From Felis catus (Eukaryota), in NCBI RefSeq assembly GCF_018350175.1, contig NC_058383.1:29946001-30010000 (forward strand): 64,000 nt of DNA, given 5' to 3'. Position numbers and translations under genes: made by a program. Of the stretch, positions 24,903 through 36,189 are shown in pieces (the stretch's first letter is position 1; the number at the start of each line of letters is the position of its first letter). The notes under the pieces were generated by a model. It did not search any database, was not told the DNA's origin, and worked only from the letters and a program-made list of their open reading frames with translations.

Positions 24903-25715
24903 TGTCTCTTTTTATTTAGATGTTCTTTACTTGCTCTTGGCAATGTTTCATGATTTTTAGTGTGCATAGGTCTTGCACAACCTTGGTCAAACTTATCCCC
25001 AAGTATTTCACATTTTTGCTGTTATTATTAATAAGGATCTTTTTATAAATCTCAATTTCCATTTGTTCATTACTAGTATATAGAAACAAAATTGATTTCC
25101 AAAATATGTTGACCAGAAACCTGTTCAACTCACCTGTTAGTTCCATTGGCTTTATGGTGGATTCCATAAAGCTTTCTGTATAAATGATCAAGTCTGTGAA
25201 TTAAGACAGTTTGGCTTTTTTATTTCCAAGATGCTTGCTTTTCGTGTCTTTTGATTGCCTTTCTGTGCTGCAGAATCTCTGGAACAATGTTGAACAGAAG
25301 TAGTGACAGCAGACAAGCTGAGCTGATTCCTGATCTTGGGGGGGGGGGGGGCAAAGCACAGAGTCTTTTACCATCAAATATGGGGCTAGCTGTAGGGTTT
25401 TCATGGATGCCTTTATCAGGTGGATGAGGTTCTTTTCTGTGATGGTTTTCAGAGTTTTTATAATCAATGGATGATCGTTTTTATAAAAGGGTATTCTGCA
25501 TCTGTTTCTGAAGTGATCGTACTTTGTTGTTTTTTTTTCTTACAGGCTGCTCTTAGTGAATTCCATGGGTCAGTTTTCAGACGTTAAACCAAGCTGCACT
25601 CCTGAGATAGACTCCACACAGGTATATTTATTGTCTCTTGAAAAAAAACTGTTAGGTCTGATTTGCTCAAATTTTATTGAGAATTTTTACAGCTGTGTGC
25701 ATGACAGACATGGTT

Positions 25716-25933
25716 CTTTTTTTTTTTTTTAAGTGTTTTTATTTATTTTGAGAGAGAGAACAGCGCACGTTGGGGAGGGGCAGAGAGAGAGGGAGAGAGA
25801 GAGAAGCCCCAGCTGGCTCTGCACTGCCAGCATAGAGCCCGATGTGAGGCTCAAACCCACGAAGCCATGAGATCATGACCTGAGCTGAAACCAAGAGTCA
25901 GATGCTTCACCGACTGAGCTCCCCAGGCGCCCC
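25716..25933 (-). mobile_element. Can-SINE (gaaaccaagagtc type)
   Basis: Full body and T-tail. Confidence 0.94.
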
Positions 25934-26532
25934 AAGATACATTGTTGTATAATTTTTTTTTCCTACTATCTTTTTCTGGTTTTAAAGTCAGGGTAATCTT
26001 GACCTCATAGAATGAATTGGCAAGTATTCCTTCCTCTCTAGGCTTTTAAGAGAAGAGTTTTGTATCTCATTTTATCATGTTTTGTAGATATGGCAAGTTT
26101 TACTAATTGAAGGTTGGTGGCAACATTGTGTTGAACAAGTCCTTTGGCACCATTTTCCCACAGCATTTGGTCACTTCCTGTCTCTGTGTTGCATTTTGGC
26201 AATTCTCACAGTATTTCAAGTCTTTTCTTTGTTATTATATCTGCTGTGGTGACCTGTGGCTAGTGATCTTGGATTTTACTATTGTAATGGTTTGGGGATG
26301 CCACGAGTTGAACCCATATAAGATGATGATCTCAATTGATAAGTGTGTGTGTTCTTGACTGTCCCACTTATTGGCCATCCCCCATCTCTTCCCCTCTCTT
26401 GGGGGCCTCCCTATTTCCTGAGACACAACAATATTAAAATGAGGCCAATAAATAACCCTACAATGGCCTCTAAGTGTTCAAGTGAAAGGAAAAGTCGCAG
26501 AAATGCAAGAGTAGTTTAAAAATGGAAAATCA

Positions 26533-26750
26533 AGGCACCTGGGTGGCTCCATCAGTTAAGTGTCAGACTTCAGCTCAGGTCATGATCTCACAGTCCGTGA
26601 GTTCGAGCCCTGGGTCGGGCTCTGTGCTGACAGCTCAGAGCCTGGAGCCTGCTTTAGATTCTGTGTCTCCCTCTCTCTCTACCCCTCCTCCACTCATGCC
26701 CTGTCTCTGTCTCAAAAATAAATAAAAATTTTTTAAAAATTAAAAAAAAG
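26533..26750 (+). mobile_element. Can-SINE without a visible TSD, at the Tigger1 deletion junction
   Basis: Full body; non-matching flanks. Confidence 0.94.
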
Positions 26751-27513
26751 AAGAAGAAATACATTTTCTAAGGCTCTAGCTGCCATAGGTAGTGATTCCC
26801 CCAGTGGAACTGGGCAAAGTCAGTTGAAAACCTGTCTGGAAAGGATGCACCTTTCTAGATGCCATTAAGAACATTCATGGTTCATGGAAAGAGGTCAAAA
26901 TATTAACATTCACAGGAGTTTGGGAGCAGTTGATTTCAACCTTCATGGATGACTTTGAGGTGTTCAAGGCTTCAGTGGAAGAAGTAAGCACAGGGGTGGT
27001 GGAATTTACAAGAGAGTTAGAAGTAGAGCTTGTAGATGGGACTGAGTTGCTGGAATTGATAAAACTTCAACAGATAAGGAGTTGCTCCCTATGGAGGAGC
27101 AAAGAAAGTGGTGTCTTGAGATGGAACCGGCTCCTGGTGAAGATGCCGTGCAGATGGTTGAAATGACAACAAAGGATCGAGAATATTCCATACACTTCAT
27201 GGATAAGGTAGTCGCAGGGTTTGAGAGGATTGATACCAATTTTAAAAGAAGTTCTCCTGTGGCTAAAATCCTGTCCACAGCATCTCGTGCCACGGAGACA
27301 TTATTCATGAAGGGTAGAGTCAGTTGATGTGGCAAACTTGGTTGTTGTTTTATCTTAAGAAATTATCACAGCATCCCCAGCCTTCAGCAACCACCCTCCT
27401 GCTCAGTCAGCAGCCGTCAGCTTTGAGGAGAGACCCTCCGCCAACAAAAAGATTATGAGTTGCTGAGAGCTCAGATAATGGTTAGCATTTTTTCACCATG
27501 TGGTATTTTCTCA

Positions 27514-27710
27514 GGGGACAGCTGGGTGACTCAGGTGTTCGGGTGTCTGACTTCGGCTCAGGTCACGATCTCACAGTTTGTGAGTTCAAGCCCCAGATGA
27601 GGCTCTGTGGCTGACAGCTCAGAGCCCAGAGCCTGCTTTCGATTCTGTGGTGACCTCTCTCTCTGTGCCTCCCTGGCTTGCACTCTGTCTCTCTGTCTCT
27701 ACATTAAAAA
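27514..27710 (+). mobile_element. Can-SINE in Tigger1
   Basis: gacttcggctcaggtcacgatctc... Confidence 0.92.
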
Positions 27711-28106
27711 TATTTTTTCAGATATGTACTGTGCTTTTTACATATAATGCTATATTGCACATTTAATAGACTACAATATAGTGTAAACGTAACTTTGATA
27801 TGCACTGGGAAACCAGAAAATTCACCTGAGTCCCTTTATTGTGGTATTTGCTTTATTGTGGTGGTCTGGAACTAAACCTGCAATGTCTCCGAGCGAGGTA
27901 TGCCTGCAGTTCCTTAAATGTTTCATAGAATTCACCATTGAATCCATCTGGGCAAGTTTTGTCTGCGGTGAGGTTTTTAAACTATACATTCAATTTCTGT
28001 AGTAGATGTAGGCCTATACACACCTTCCACTTCTACTGGCTTTATCCAAGACTGCTTGACTCACTTTGGTCAGTGGCATTTTGAAAAGCTTTCTAGATAA
28101 TTCTAA

Positions 28107-28114
28107 ACTTTTTC

Positions 28115-28165
<51 letters not shown>

Positions 28166-28359
28166 ATTTACTTTTGAGAGAGAGAGACAGAGCATGAGCA
28201 GGGGAGGGGTAGAGAGAGAGGGAGACACAGAATCCGAAGCAGGCTCTAGGCTCTCAGCTATCAGCACAGAGCCCGATGCGGGGCTCAAACCCATGAACTG
28301 TGATATCATGATCTGAGCTGAAGTCAGACGCTTAACTGACTGAGCCACCCAGGTGCCCC
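28107..28359 (-). mobile_element. Can-SINE with a (GT)~23 tail, inserted in a MER5A remnant
   Basis: TSD tgaaaagctttctRgataattctaa at 28082-28106 and 28361-28385. Confidence 0.95.
28117..28162. repeat. (GT)n microsatellite
   Basis: Seen directly. Confidence 0.98.
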
Positions 28360-28984
28360 ATGAAAAGCTTTCTGGATAATTCTAACGTGCAGCCAGGGTC
28401 AAGAGCCCCCAGTCTAGTCCAAGACCTAGAGAGGTAGCTTGTTGATTTGAATAGCTACATACTATTTTATAGTAAGCATGCATCCAGAGCTCTTTCTTTG
28501 CTTCTCTGTTCATGTTCATTCAGGTTGTTCCTGATTTCTTTCCCTTATGCTCTGCTGTCTGGTGCAGAAATTTCATTGCTCCCCTCTTTTCTCCACGGGT
28601 TATAACTTTTGTCCTTTTATAATCTCCCCTTTTGGCAAATGTATGCTTTGGGTCTTGAATTGTGTTCTATCTGATGACACACTTACCACTCATCCATTTA
28701 ATTGTTTTTTGCATTTGCCCCTTGCCTCCTGTATCTTTACCTGCTGATTAATTCACAAACTTTGGCTGTCACTTATTTTAGGAATAACCAGCATCTGGCT
28801 GGAATTTTTAGAAATCCTTACCTGAAAGCCGTTGCCTTTTTATAGGGTTGTTAGCATTTAAATAAGAATCTCAGAGGACCAAAAAGTGTTCAAGCCTCAA
28901 ATTAAGGGCCATCATAGTGAAGCTTCAGGCACCCTCCTAGCCTGGTAGCCCCCAGGCTGACCACCTGCTCTCCCCCCTCCCAAC

Positions 28985-29215
28985 GCGCTCAATTCTGCAC
29001 ACGCGGCTGTCACACAAGGCTCTTTTATGGCAAATGCAAATTGCAAATATAAACTGTTTCTTTCTTCATTTATCACTTTTTCCCTTCTCATTTACAAGAG
29101 GCTTGAATTATTAGCACTTGTCTAAACAATGCCGCTTCGCCTGGTATCTGTGAGGAGGTGTTGGTGATAACTTTCCAATGATGTCATCCCTGGAAGCACA
29201 ACTCCAAAGCACCCA
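28985..29215. promoter_or_regulatory. Candidate enhancer / conserved non-coding element
   Basis: Repeat-free; TTTTATGG, ATGCAAAT, TAAACAATG, TGATAA, TGATGTCA cluster. Confidence 0.4.
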
Positions 29216-29600
29216 GTCAATCATGGGCATTGTTCAGAAAGCACCAGAATAACTCTGAGTGACCCAACCTCCCCCCCGTCCCCCACCAAAATCTATAGAA
29301 ATGAAAATTGAAACGTAAACCAGAAACTTCATTTCCATGTCCGGGGCTCTCAGAGCTCTGTGGATTCCTTATGCACTGACACATCTCTTCAATGGGGGAC
29401 AATGGGAGGCAAAAGGGGTTTCCCTAGGGAGCTGAAGGATCAAATGCCTCTCTGAATCTTTTTCTTATTCTCAGCAGCACATTAAGCATTTGGGGGACTT
29501 ACGGCTCCCTGCCCCACCTTTAAGGAGCTCTCCATAGTAATCTTTATTACATACACCCTCAGTGCCAGGCACTATGCAGAGCTCTGAATAGATTATTTTA

Positions 29601-29772
29601 GGGGCGCCTGGGTGGTTTAGTTGGTGTAGCATCCAACTCTTGGTCTCAGCTCAGGTCATGATCTCACAGTTCATGAGATCAAGCCCCTTCTTCGGATTTT
29701 CTCTCTCTCTCTCTCCCCCTCTCTGTTTCTCCCCCCCCCCATCTCAAAAATAAATAAATAAGCATTCAACAA
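29601..29772 (+). mobile_element. Can-SINE, internally deleted, inserted in a MIR
   Basis: TSD agattatttta at 29590-600 and 29773-783. Confidence 0.92.
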
Positions 29773-30639
29773 AGATTATTTTATATATTCATTGTCACAA
29801 CTTTATGAGGTAAGCGCTGCTAGTTTCCCATTCTTCAGATGAGAAAACTGAGGCTCAGAAAAGTGGCATCCCTTGCTCAAGGTCTCCCAGAAAATTGTGC
29901 AAGGAGTAGGAACGTGACTCCAGGTCTGGTGTGGTGTCAGAGTGATGCCCTTACCCTCTGTGAAAATCTGGTTCAATATAGTATGAAGGACCCATCATAA
30001 TTGGGTTCCTGCCAACCTCTCCAGTCTGATCTATCTCATCTGGACCCCTGGCCTGTTCACAACTTGTGCTCCAGTCATACCTTCTGTCCCCCTAATGTGC
30101 TCTGCTGTCTTGCCCCTCCACTCCTTTGCTCCCAGACTGATACTGCCCAGAAGGGACCATGGTACCCCCTGTGGAATCCTGTCACCACTCCCATACACTC
30201 AGAGAGTCCTGTGTGTTCACCTCTGCCCACCCACCATTCCTCTAGGCTCTGAGCCTTTTGAGTGCACGAGTGTGTTTCCCTCCCCTCTGGTTCTGAACAC
30301 TCAGCACAGTGCCTGGCACACAGCAGCTGCTCAGGAACAGACTGGATGTTCTCCTCCACGATTTTTTTTTCTCCCCCTTTTGGAAAAATGTCTATATATC
30401 AAGCCCTCTGTTCTGTCATCCCATTCTTCTTCAGACAAGTAGAGGCATGTTTGTTTCCATCATTGTATCGGTTTGCTCTGGGTTTTTGGCCTTAAACACT
30501 GGATTGTCTGTAGCACCTACAAGGTCTGGGGCATGCTTACATTTCCTCTCCAGAAATTAGAGGCCAGCAGAGCACATGTTTCCCGGACTGATTCTGAGTC
30601 CTCTGCTTCTGTGAGGTTTAGTCAGATGCAGATGTCAAG

Positions 30640-30900
30640 GTGAATGGGTTTAGAGTTCCAATGTATAGCATGATGACTATAGTGAANNNNNNNNNNNNNN
30701 NNNNNNNNNNNNNNNNNNNNNNNNNNNNNNNNNNNNNNNNNNNNNNNNNNNNNNNNNNNNNNNNNNNNNNNNNNNNNNNNNNNNNNNNNNNNNNNNNNNN
30801 NNNNNNNNNNNNNNNAATTCGCTTGACTGTTGTAATCGTTTCACTATGTATATCAAAACAACATATTGCACACCTTAAGAATACACAGTTTTCATTTTAA
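30640..30900 (+). mobile_element. L1MA-like 3' end containing an N gap
   Basis: aatgtatagcatgatgactatagt...gtaatcgtttcactatgtatatcaaaac...gcacaccttaa. Confidence 0.75.
30687..30815. other. Assembly gap (129 N)
   Basis: N run. Confidence 0.99.
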
Positions 30901-31105
30901 TTTTTTTTAATGTGTATTTATTTTTGAAAGAGAGAGAGCTTGAGCGGGGGAGGGGCAGAGAGAGAGGGAGACACAGCATTCAAAGCAGGCTCCAGGGTCT
31001 GAGCTGTCAGCACAGAGCCCGACGCGGGGCTCGAACCCACAAACTGTGAGCTCATAACCTGAGCCGAAGTCAGACACCCAACCAACTGAGCCAGCCAGGC
31101 GCCCC
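30901..31105 (-). mobile_element. Can-SINE
   Basis: TSD acacaRttttcattttaa on both sides. Confidence 0.95.
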
Positions 31106-31304
31106 GACACACACAATTTTCATTTTAAAAAGTAGATGAATGGGTGGCTTCCATTAGCGCTATCTCAGAAAGAGTCTCTGTACCTCATTTCACTTGTCAT
31201 GTGGTAGAAAGAAGAGTGAGCCAACATTGGTGCTGTGCTAGAGGCTAAGTACAGCAGGTCTGGCAATAAATGCACAAAGAAGGATGCCCTCCCAAAGTCT
31301 GCAG

Positions 31305-31632
31305 CGGAGCTTGCCAACTCAAAGGCCCACAGGGCCAAGAGGGCAACTTAAGTGACAGAGATGGTCCGGGTGGACATTGGAGCCATTGGCAACGTGTGGC
31401 CATATTTCAGGAGCAGCCTCTTCTGGCTCCTGCCAGTGGCTGGCATGTGGGAGTTCTAGTCCATTGCTATCAGAAGTTTGCAGCTTTTCAAGATTACTTA
31501 AAAATGTGGATGTTTATATAAAATCTGAACTTTAATTATGGCTAATAATTAAAAAAAAGAAATCTTCAAGGTCCACACACAACACGTATTTGGGTCTGAT
31601 CTGGCTAGACTCTGCCAGTTTTCAGCCTCTGG
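31305..31632 (-). mobile_element. MER102-like hAT element
   Basis: ttgccaactcaaaggcccacagggcc...gccagttttcagcctctg. Confidence 0.6.
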
Positions 31633-31994
31633 CTTGGATTTTCACACAGGGCTAAGCAATTAAAAGTGATTGGGTTTAAGTTTCCATTCTATCACATTTC
31701 CCCGGCGAACCTCGGCAGGTTGTTGAACATCTCAATGATGGATTTATGGGCAATGTAAGACGCTCCCCTCACAATCCAACTCCACCGAAGTTCGAAAACA
31801 CCAAGACTTTTGCCCGTTTAGTTTGCTGAGTTATCCTGGGTTCTTCAGGATAACAGTGCCTGGCACATAGCAGAGACTCAGTGATGTTACTAGAGAGAGT
31901 GTATGTTACCGTATCCTGACTTCATTGTAAGGGATGTGACGAGTAGAACCCAGGTGCATCGTGATGGGATTTGAGCAAAACTGTCCACTACCAA

Positions 31995-32480
31995 TTAGGA
32001 CTCATTTGCTTGCAAGTGATAGAAATCAAACTCCAGTGGTTTAAACAAAATAAGATCCATTGGCCTGTGTCTGTAAGGCTCAAGCCTTAAGGTATGGCCA
32101 GATCCAGGCCCAACTTGACGCTTTGTATCATTGGCTCTGCTTTTCTCTCTGTTGGCTTTAGTCTCAGACAGGATCTCCCTGTGGGGTAAGATGACTGTGG
32201 GCAACCTGGTTTTAGATCTTCCCCCGTGTAAAGACTCTTGCCTTTCTCTGCAACTCTTGCCTTTCTCCGCAACCAACTAAATTCGCATTGACTTGGAGTC
32301 ACATGTGCATTTCTGACCAATTTCCTGTGGCTGGGAGACTGAGATCCTCTGATGGGCTGAACCCGAGTCACACACCCCTTCTTGGACCCCGGCACTCTTC
32401 TCCGAACCATGCGAATTCAGAACTGTGAGAGCCTGGTTCTCCAGAGGAAGGAGAGAGAATAAATGCTGGTGACAAAAACA
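31995..32480 (-). mobile_element. MLT1J/K-like MaLR LTR
   Basis: ttaggactcatttgcttgcaagtgatagaaatcaaactccagtggtttaaac. Confidence 0.75.
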
Positions 32481-32859
32481 GCGTCAGCTCCAGAGGCCAC
32501 ATCTGGATGATTTGTGTCTGGAAGCCAGCCCACCTAACCTGGCCTCCAGTGAGCCCTGTGTTTCTCCTTTCCTAAAACTAGAGATGGCCACAGAGTGATA
32601 AGCACCAGCTGCATACCTCCCACCATGCAGTTAAGCCCAGGGCTGCTTTGACCCAAGGCTAATGAGGCATGGGGGTATTTGCAAACCCCTCTCCAGAGAG
32701 GCTGCAAAACACAGAAGAAATGTAATAGTACCATCAAGTAATCGCACCACACACTGGACTCTTTAAAATGCACTCCTTCTTCCCTTTGATCTTGTTCTAA
32801 TGGATAATGCCCATGGTACTTGCTGTGACCTGAATCCCTCACAAGATTGCTGGAGAGAA

Positions 32860-33030
32860 AAGCGCACCAGAGAACACTGGCCTGGAATATCAAATGCAAG
32901 GGGCCAATTATTCCTGCTCCTTGAGACCCCATCTCCCCGGCTTGCATATTCATGGGATCTCCGATGCAGATGAGATAGCAGCTGCTGATTAAAATCGGCT
33001 CACTTTGTTGTGGGGGAATTTGGGGACTCC
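32860..33030. promoter_or_regulatory. Candidate POU + bHLH enhancer
   Basis: TTGCATATTCAT at 32942-53, CAGATG at 32967, CAGCTG at 32979, TGATTAA. Confidence 0.35.
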
Positions 33031-33687
33031 GGGGAGGCCTCTTGAAGCTGATCCGTGGTGAAACGTCCTCTACAGGGGTTGTTCTGTTACCGCGTAGCCT
33101 GGTCCTTTAGAATAATAAAACAGTCTGGATCTTTCAGCTCCGAGGAGGAACCAACAGATGCTTGCCCTCCAGCTGCGTTGTGTGGGAGGGTTGAAAGCCT
33201 GGATATAGATTGGGAAGGACAGGGTCTTAGTTTACCTGCTGCGCAACTGCCAGAAGTTAGATTTGTTTGTTTGTTTGTTTGTTTCCCTCTTTGCGGGGTA
33301 GGGTAGAGATGGGAGTCTGGCAATTTGACTTGGAAGAGGTCGGGGACTTCAGATGTTTCCTGCCCGGGATGGTCTAGGTAGTGCTTCTCTTTAATAGACA
33401 CACAAACCATCTGAGTGCCTTGCGAAGACTGCGGATTCTGTTTTAGTAGGTCTGGGGTGTGGACTCAGATTCTTTGCTTCCCTCAAGCTCCCAGGTGGTG
33501 CCCGTGCTTCCGGCCTCTGGGCCACTCTTCAAGTACAAGGGTGTAGACTGACGGTTCCCAAACTCAGTTGTGTTTTGGAATCGCTTGGAGGGCTTTTAAA
33601 AACCAGGATGTCCAGGCCACACCCCACACTGGTTAGACCGGAATCTCTGGATGGCTCCTAGGAATCAGTATTTTTATAAAGACTCTC

Positions 33688-33905
33688 GGGGCGCCTGGGT
33701 GGCTCAGTCGGTTGAGCGTCCGACTTCGGCTCAGGTTCATGATCTCGAGGTCTGTGAGTTCCAGCCCCGCGTCGGGCTCTGTGCTGACAGCTCAGAGCCT
33801 GGAGTCTGTTTCGGATTCTGTGTCTCCCTCTTTCTCTGACCCTCCCCTGTTCATGCTCTCTCTCCCTCTGTCTCAAAAATAAATAAAATGTTAAAAAAAT
33901 TTTTT
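33688..33905 (+). mobile_element. Can-SINE, young
   Basis: Near-consensus; TSD taaagactctc at 33677-87 and 33906-16. Confidence 0.97.
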
Positions 33906-34030
33906 TAAAGACTCTCAGGTAGTTCCTGTGTATAGGCAACTATGTATTTGAGAATCAGTGGTGGTAATTGTTCTCAACCCCACCTGCTGTGCATTATCAT
34001 CACATGGGGAGTCTATAAAGTACCAGTGCT

Positions 34031-34255
34031 GGGGCACCTGGGTGGTTCCGTTGATTGAACAGCTGACTCTTGATTTTAACTCAGGTGATGATCTCGTGGT
34101 TTGTTGGGTTCCAGCCCTGAGTTGGACTCTGCCCTGATATAGTACAGAGCCTGCTTGGGATTCTCTCTCCCTCTCTCTGCCCTCCACTACTCACACTCCC
34201 TCTCTTTCTCTTTCTCTCTCTCAAAATAAATAAAGACACTTTAAAACGTAAAATT
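34031..34255 (+). mobile_element. Can-SINE (gactcttgatt type)
   Basis: Head, (CT)n, tail; aagtacca flanks. Confidence 0.93.
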
Positions 34256-34741
34256 AAGAAGTACCAAGGCCTGGCCCGTGGTGCAGGATGAGTCCCGTGG
34301 GAGGAATGGTGGGGTTGGACACCATTCTATCTTGTAAAAGCCTCAGAGATTATTATCCGCAGCCAAGATTGGTAATCATAGACATAGAAGGATTCAAACA
34401 GCGTGGTCTCTCCGACCCTGAGATCCTGTGAATCGCTCTAGCTGTTATTATCATGGGAGGTGTTATGGTCTCTTCTGGACTCAGCTCCTCGTCTTCCAAG
34501 GCTGATGGATGTGCAGAACCTTCACTCCCACCCTCCCATCCACTTCCCCACCCTCGTATGCCTCTCCTTCCTGATACCACGATTGCAAAAGTAATATGTG
34601 TTTATTGTTAGAAATCTGGGGACACAGAAAAGTGCGCCAGATAAAATGTATCCCAACGGTGTCTCCAAACACGACTACTTTGGCAATAGTGCTCCTTGAA
34701 GAGAACCATTACTTCCATTTTGGCTTCTCTCTCTCCCTCTC

Positions 34742-35525
34742 TTTTTTTTTAATGTGGTAAGAACACGGAACATGAGACGTACCCTCTCAGATTTTTAAGT
34801 GTATAATGCAGTATGGTTGACTATTGCCACGTTTTGTACAGCACATCTCTAGAGTTGATTGATCTTGCTCAACTGAAACTTTAGGCTGGTTGATCCCAAC
34901 CCCCCCCCCCCCGCCATTTTCCTGACCCCACTTCCTGGCGATTATCCTTCCACCCTTTGATTCTATGAATTTGCCTCTTTTAGATACCTTACATAAGCAG
35001 AATCATACAGTTTTTGTCTTTTTGTGGCTTATTTCACTCGGCATAAGGTCCTCAAGGTTCGTCCATAATGTATGCATTGCAGAATTTTCTTTTTTAAAGT
35101 TTTTAAATGTTTATTTATTTTTGAGAGAGAGCGAGAGCGCGCACGCTCATGCGTGAGTGGGGGAGGGGCAGAGAGACAGGGAGACACAGAGTCCGAAGCA
35201 GGCTCCAGGCTCTGAGCTGTTAGCACAGAGCCCAATGCAGGACTTGAACCCATGAACCCTGAGATCATGACCTTTGCTGAAGTTGGCCACTTAACTGACT
35301 GAGACACCCAGGTGTCCCAAATTTCCTTCTTTTTTAAGGTGAATACTGTCTGTAGTATGTATAGACCACATTTTCTTCATCTACTCCTCTCTTGAGGGAC
35401 ATTTGTGTTGTTTTCACCTCTTGGCTGCTGTGAACAGTGTTATGATGAACCAGGAAATGCTTATATCTCTTAGAGATCCTGATTTCACTTGTTTGGGGTA
35501 AATACCCTGCTGTGGGACTTCTGGA
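34742..35525 (-). mobile_element. L1MA-like 3' fragment split by a SINE
   Basis: tgtggtaagaacac...ttttaagtgtataatgcagta...atacc...cttatttcactcggcataa. Confidence 0.82.
35090..35318 (-). mobile_element. Can-SINE
   Basis: Full body. Confidence 0.95.
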
Positions 35526-35654
35526 TGTTTCTGATTTTTGGCTTATGTTCTCAGTCATTTTTAGTTTGCAGGTTTGGGGTTGTTTCATAGCCAACTTTTC
35601 CTTCTTTTTAATACATGGCTACCCCATAGCATATCTTCTTCAGTATTTCTTTCT

Positions 35655-35767
35655 TTTTTTTTAAGATTTTATTTTTAAAATAATCTCTACGCCCAACATG
35701 GGGCTTGAACCTACAACCCCAAGATCAAGAGTCACGTGCTCGGCTGACTGAACCAGACAGGTGCCCC
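35655..35767 (-). mobile_element. Short (tRNA-part only) carnivore SINE
   Basis: taatctctacgcccaacatggggcttgaacc...aagatcaagagtc...caggtgcccc. Confidence 0.88.
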
Positions 35768-36189
35768 TCTTCTATATTTCTTAATGACTGTCACTTATAA
35801 TGATTCATTTACCCATTCTTGTACTCTTGATCAATATTTAGATTACTCCTTTCTTTAAGACACAATGACTTTAAGAAAACTTTTTACATGTGGAATTATG
35901 GGCCCAAAGAGCAGGAACATTTCTTTAGAAAAATGGATTCCTACTGTCTAAGTAGGGCTTCAAAATTGTAATTCAGTATTTATTGTTGAATGCCTTGCGT
36001 TGAATGAATGAGTGAATGAATGAGTGAGTGAGTCATTGCCTCTCGGTATTTAACAAGGACCTGGCCCAAGTGTTTCTAGAGTGAATGCATGAGTAAACTC
36101 TGAACAAAACATTAAAAAACATTAAAAAAAATAGTTATCTATGGATAACATATGTCAGGACATAGATCTAAAATATAATTTACTTTTTT

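Larger units (their letters stand above)
26060..27907 (+). mobile_element. Tigger1 DNA transposon, internally deleted, with two SINE insertions
   Basis: Right TIR gaggtatgcctg; ORF 27082..27327 (EEQRKW..EME..PGEDAV..VEMTTKD..AGFERID.NF) is the Tigger1 transposase C-terminal remnant. Confidence 0.9.
23255..28040 (-). mobile_element. Old L1 (L1MC/MD-like) 3' UTR plus ORF2 remnant, hosting Tigger1 and several SINEs
   Basis: cagctttattgagatataattgac 3' end; ORF 24916..25191 (MIIYTE...KYLGISLTK) is decayed L1 RT. Confidence 0.85.
33375..34378. mobile_element. Cluster of ~3 MER5-like hAT-Charlie MITEs, two split by SINEs
   Basis: gattctgttttagtaggtctggggtg...ctcccaggtg; ggttcccaaact...ccaggccacacccca; gttctcaaccc...gcagccaagattgg. 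Confidence 0.7.

Noticed and set aside
24916-25467. RT-like ORFs
   Set aside because: Decayed, fragmented L1 ORF2
26930-27327. Transposase-like ORFs as a domesticated TIGD gene
   Set aside because: Frameshifted C-terminal fragments of an internally deleted Tigger1
32534-32953. 139-aa minus ORF
   Set aside because: No homology recognised; its start coincides with a non-coding motif cluster
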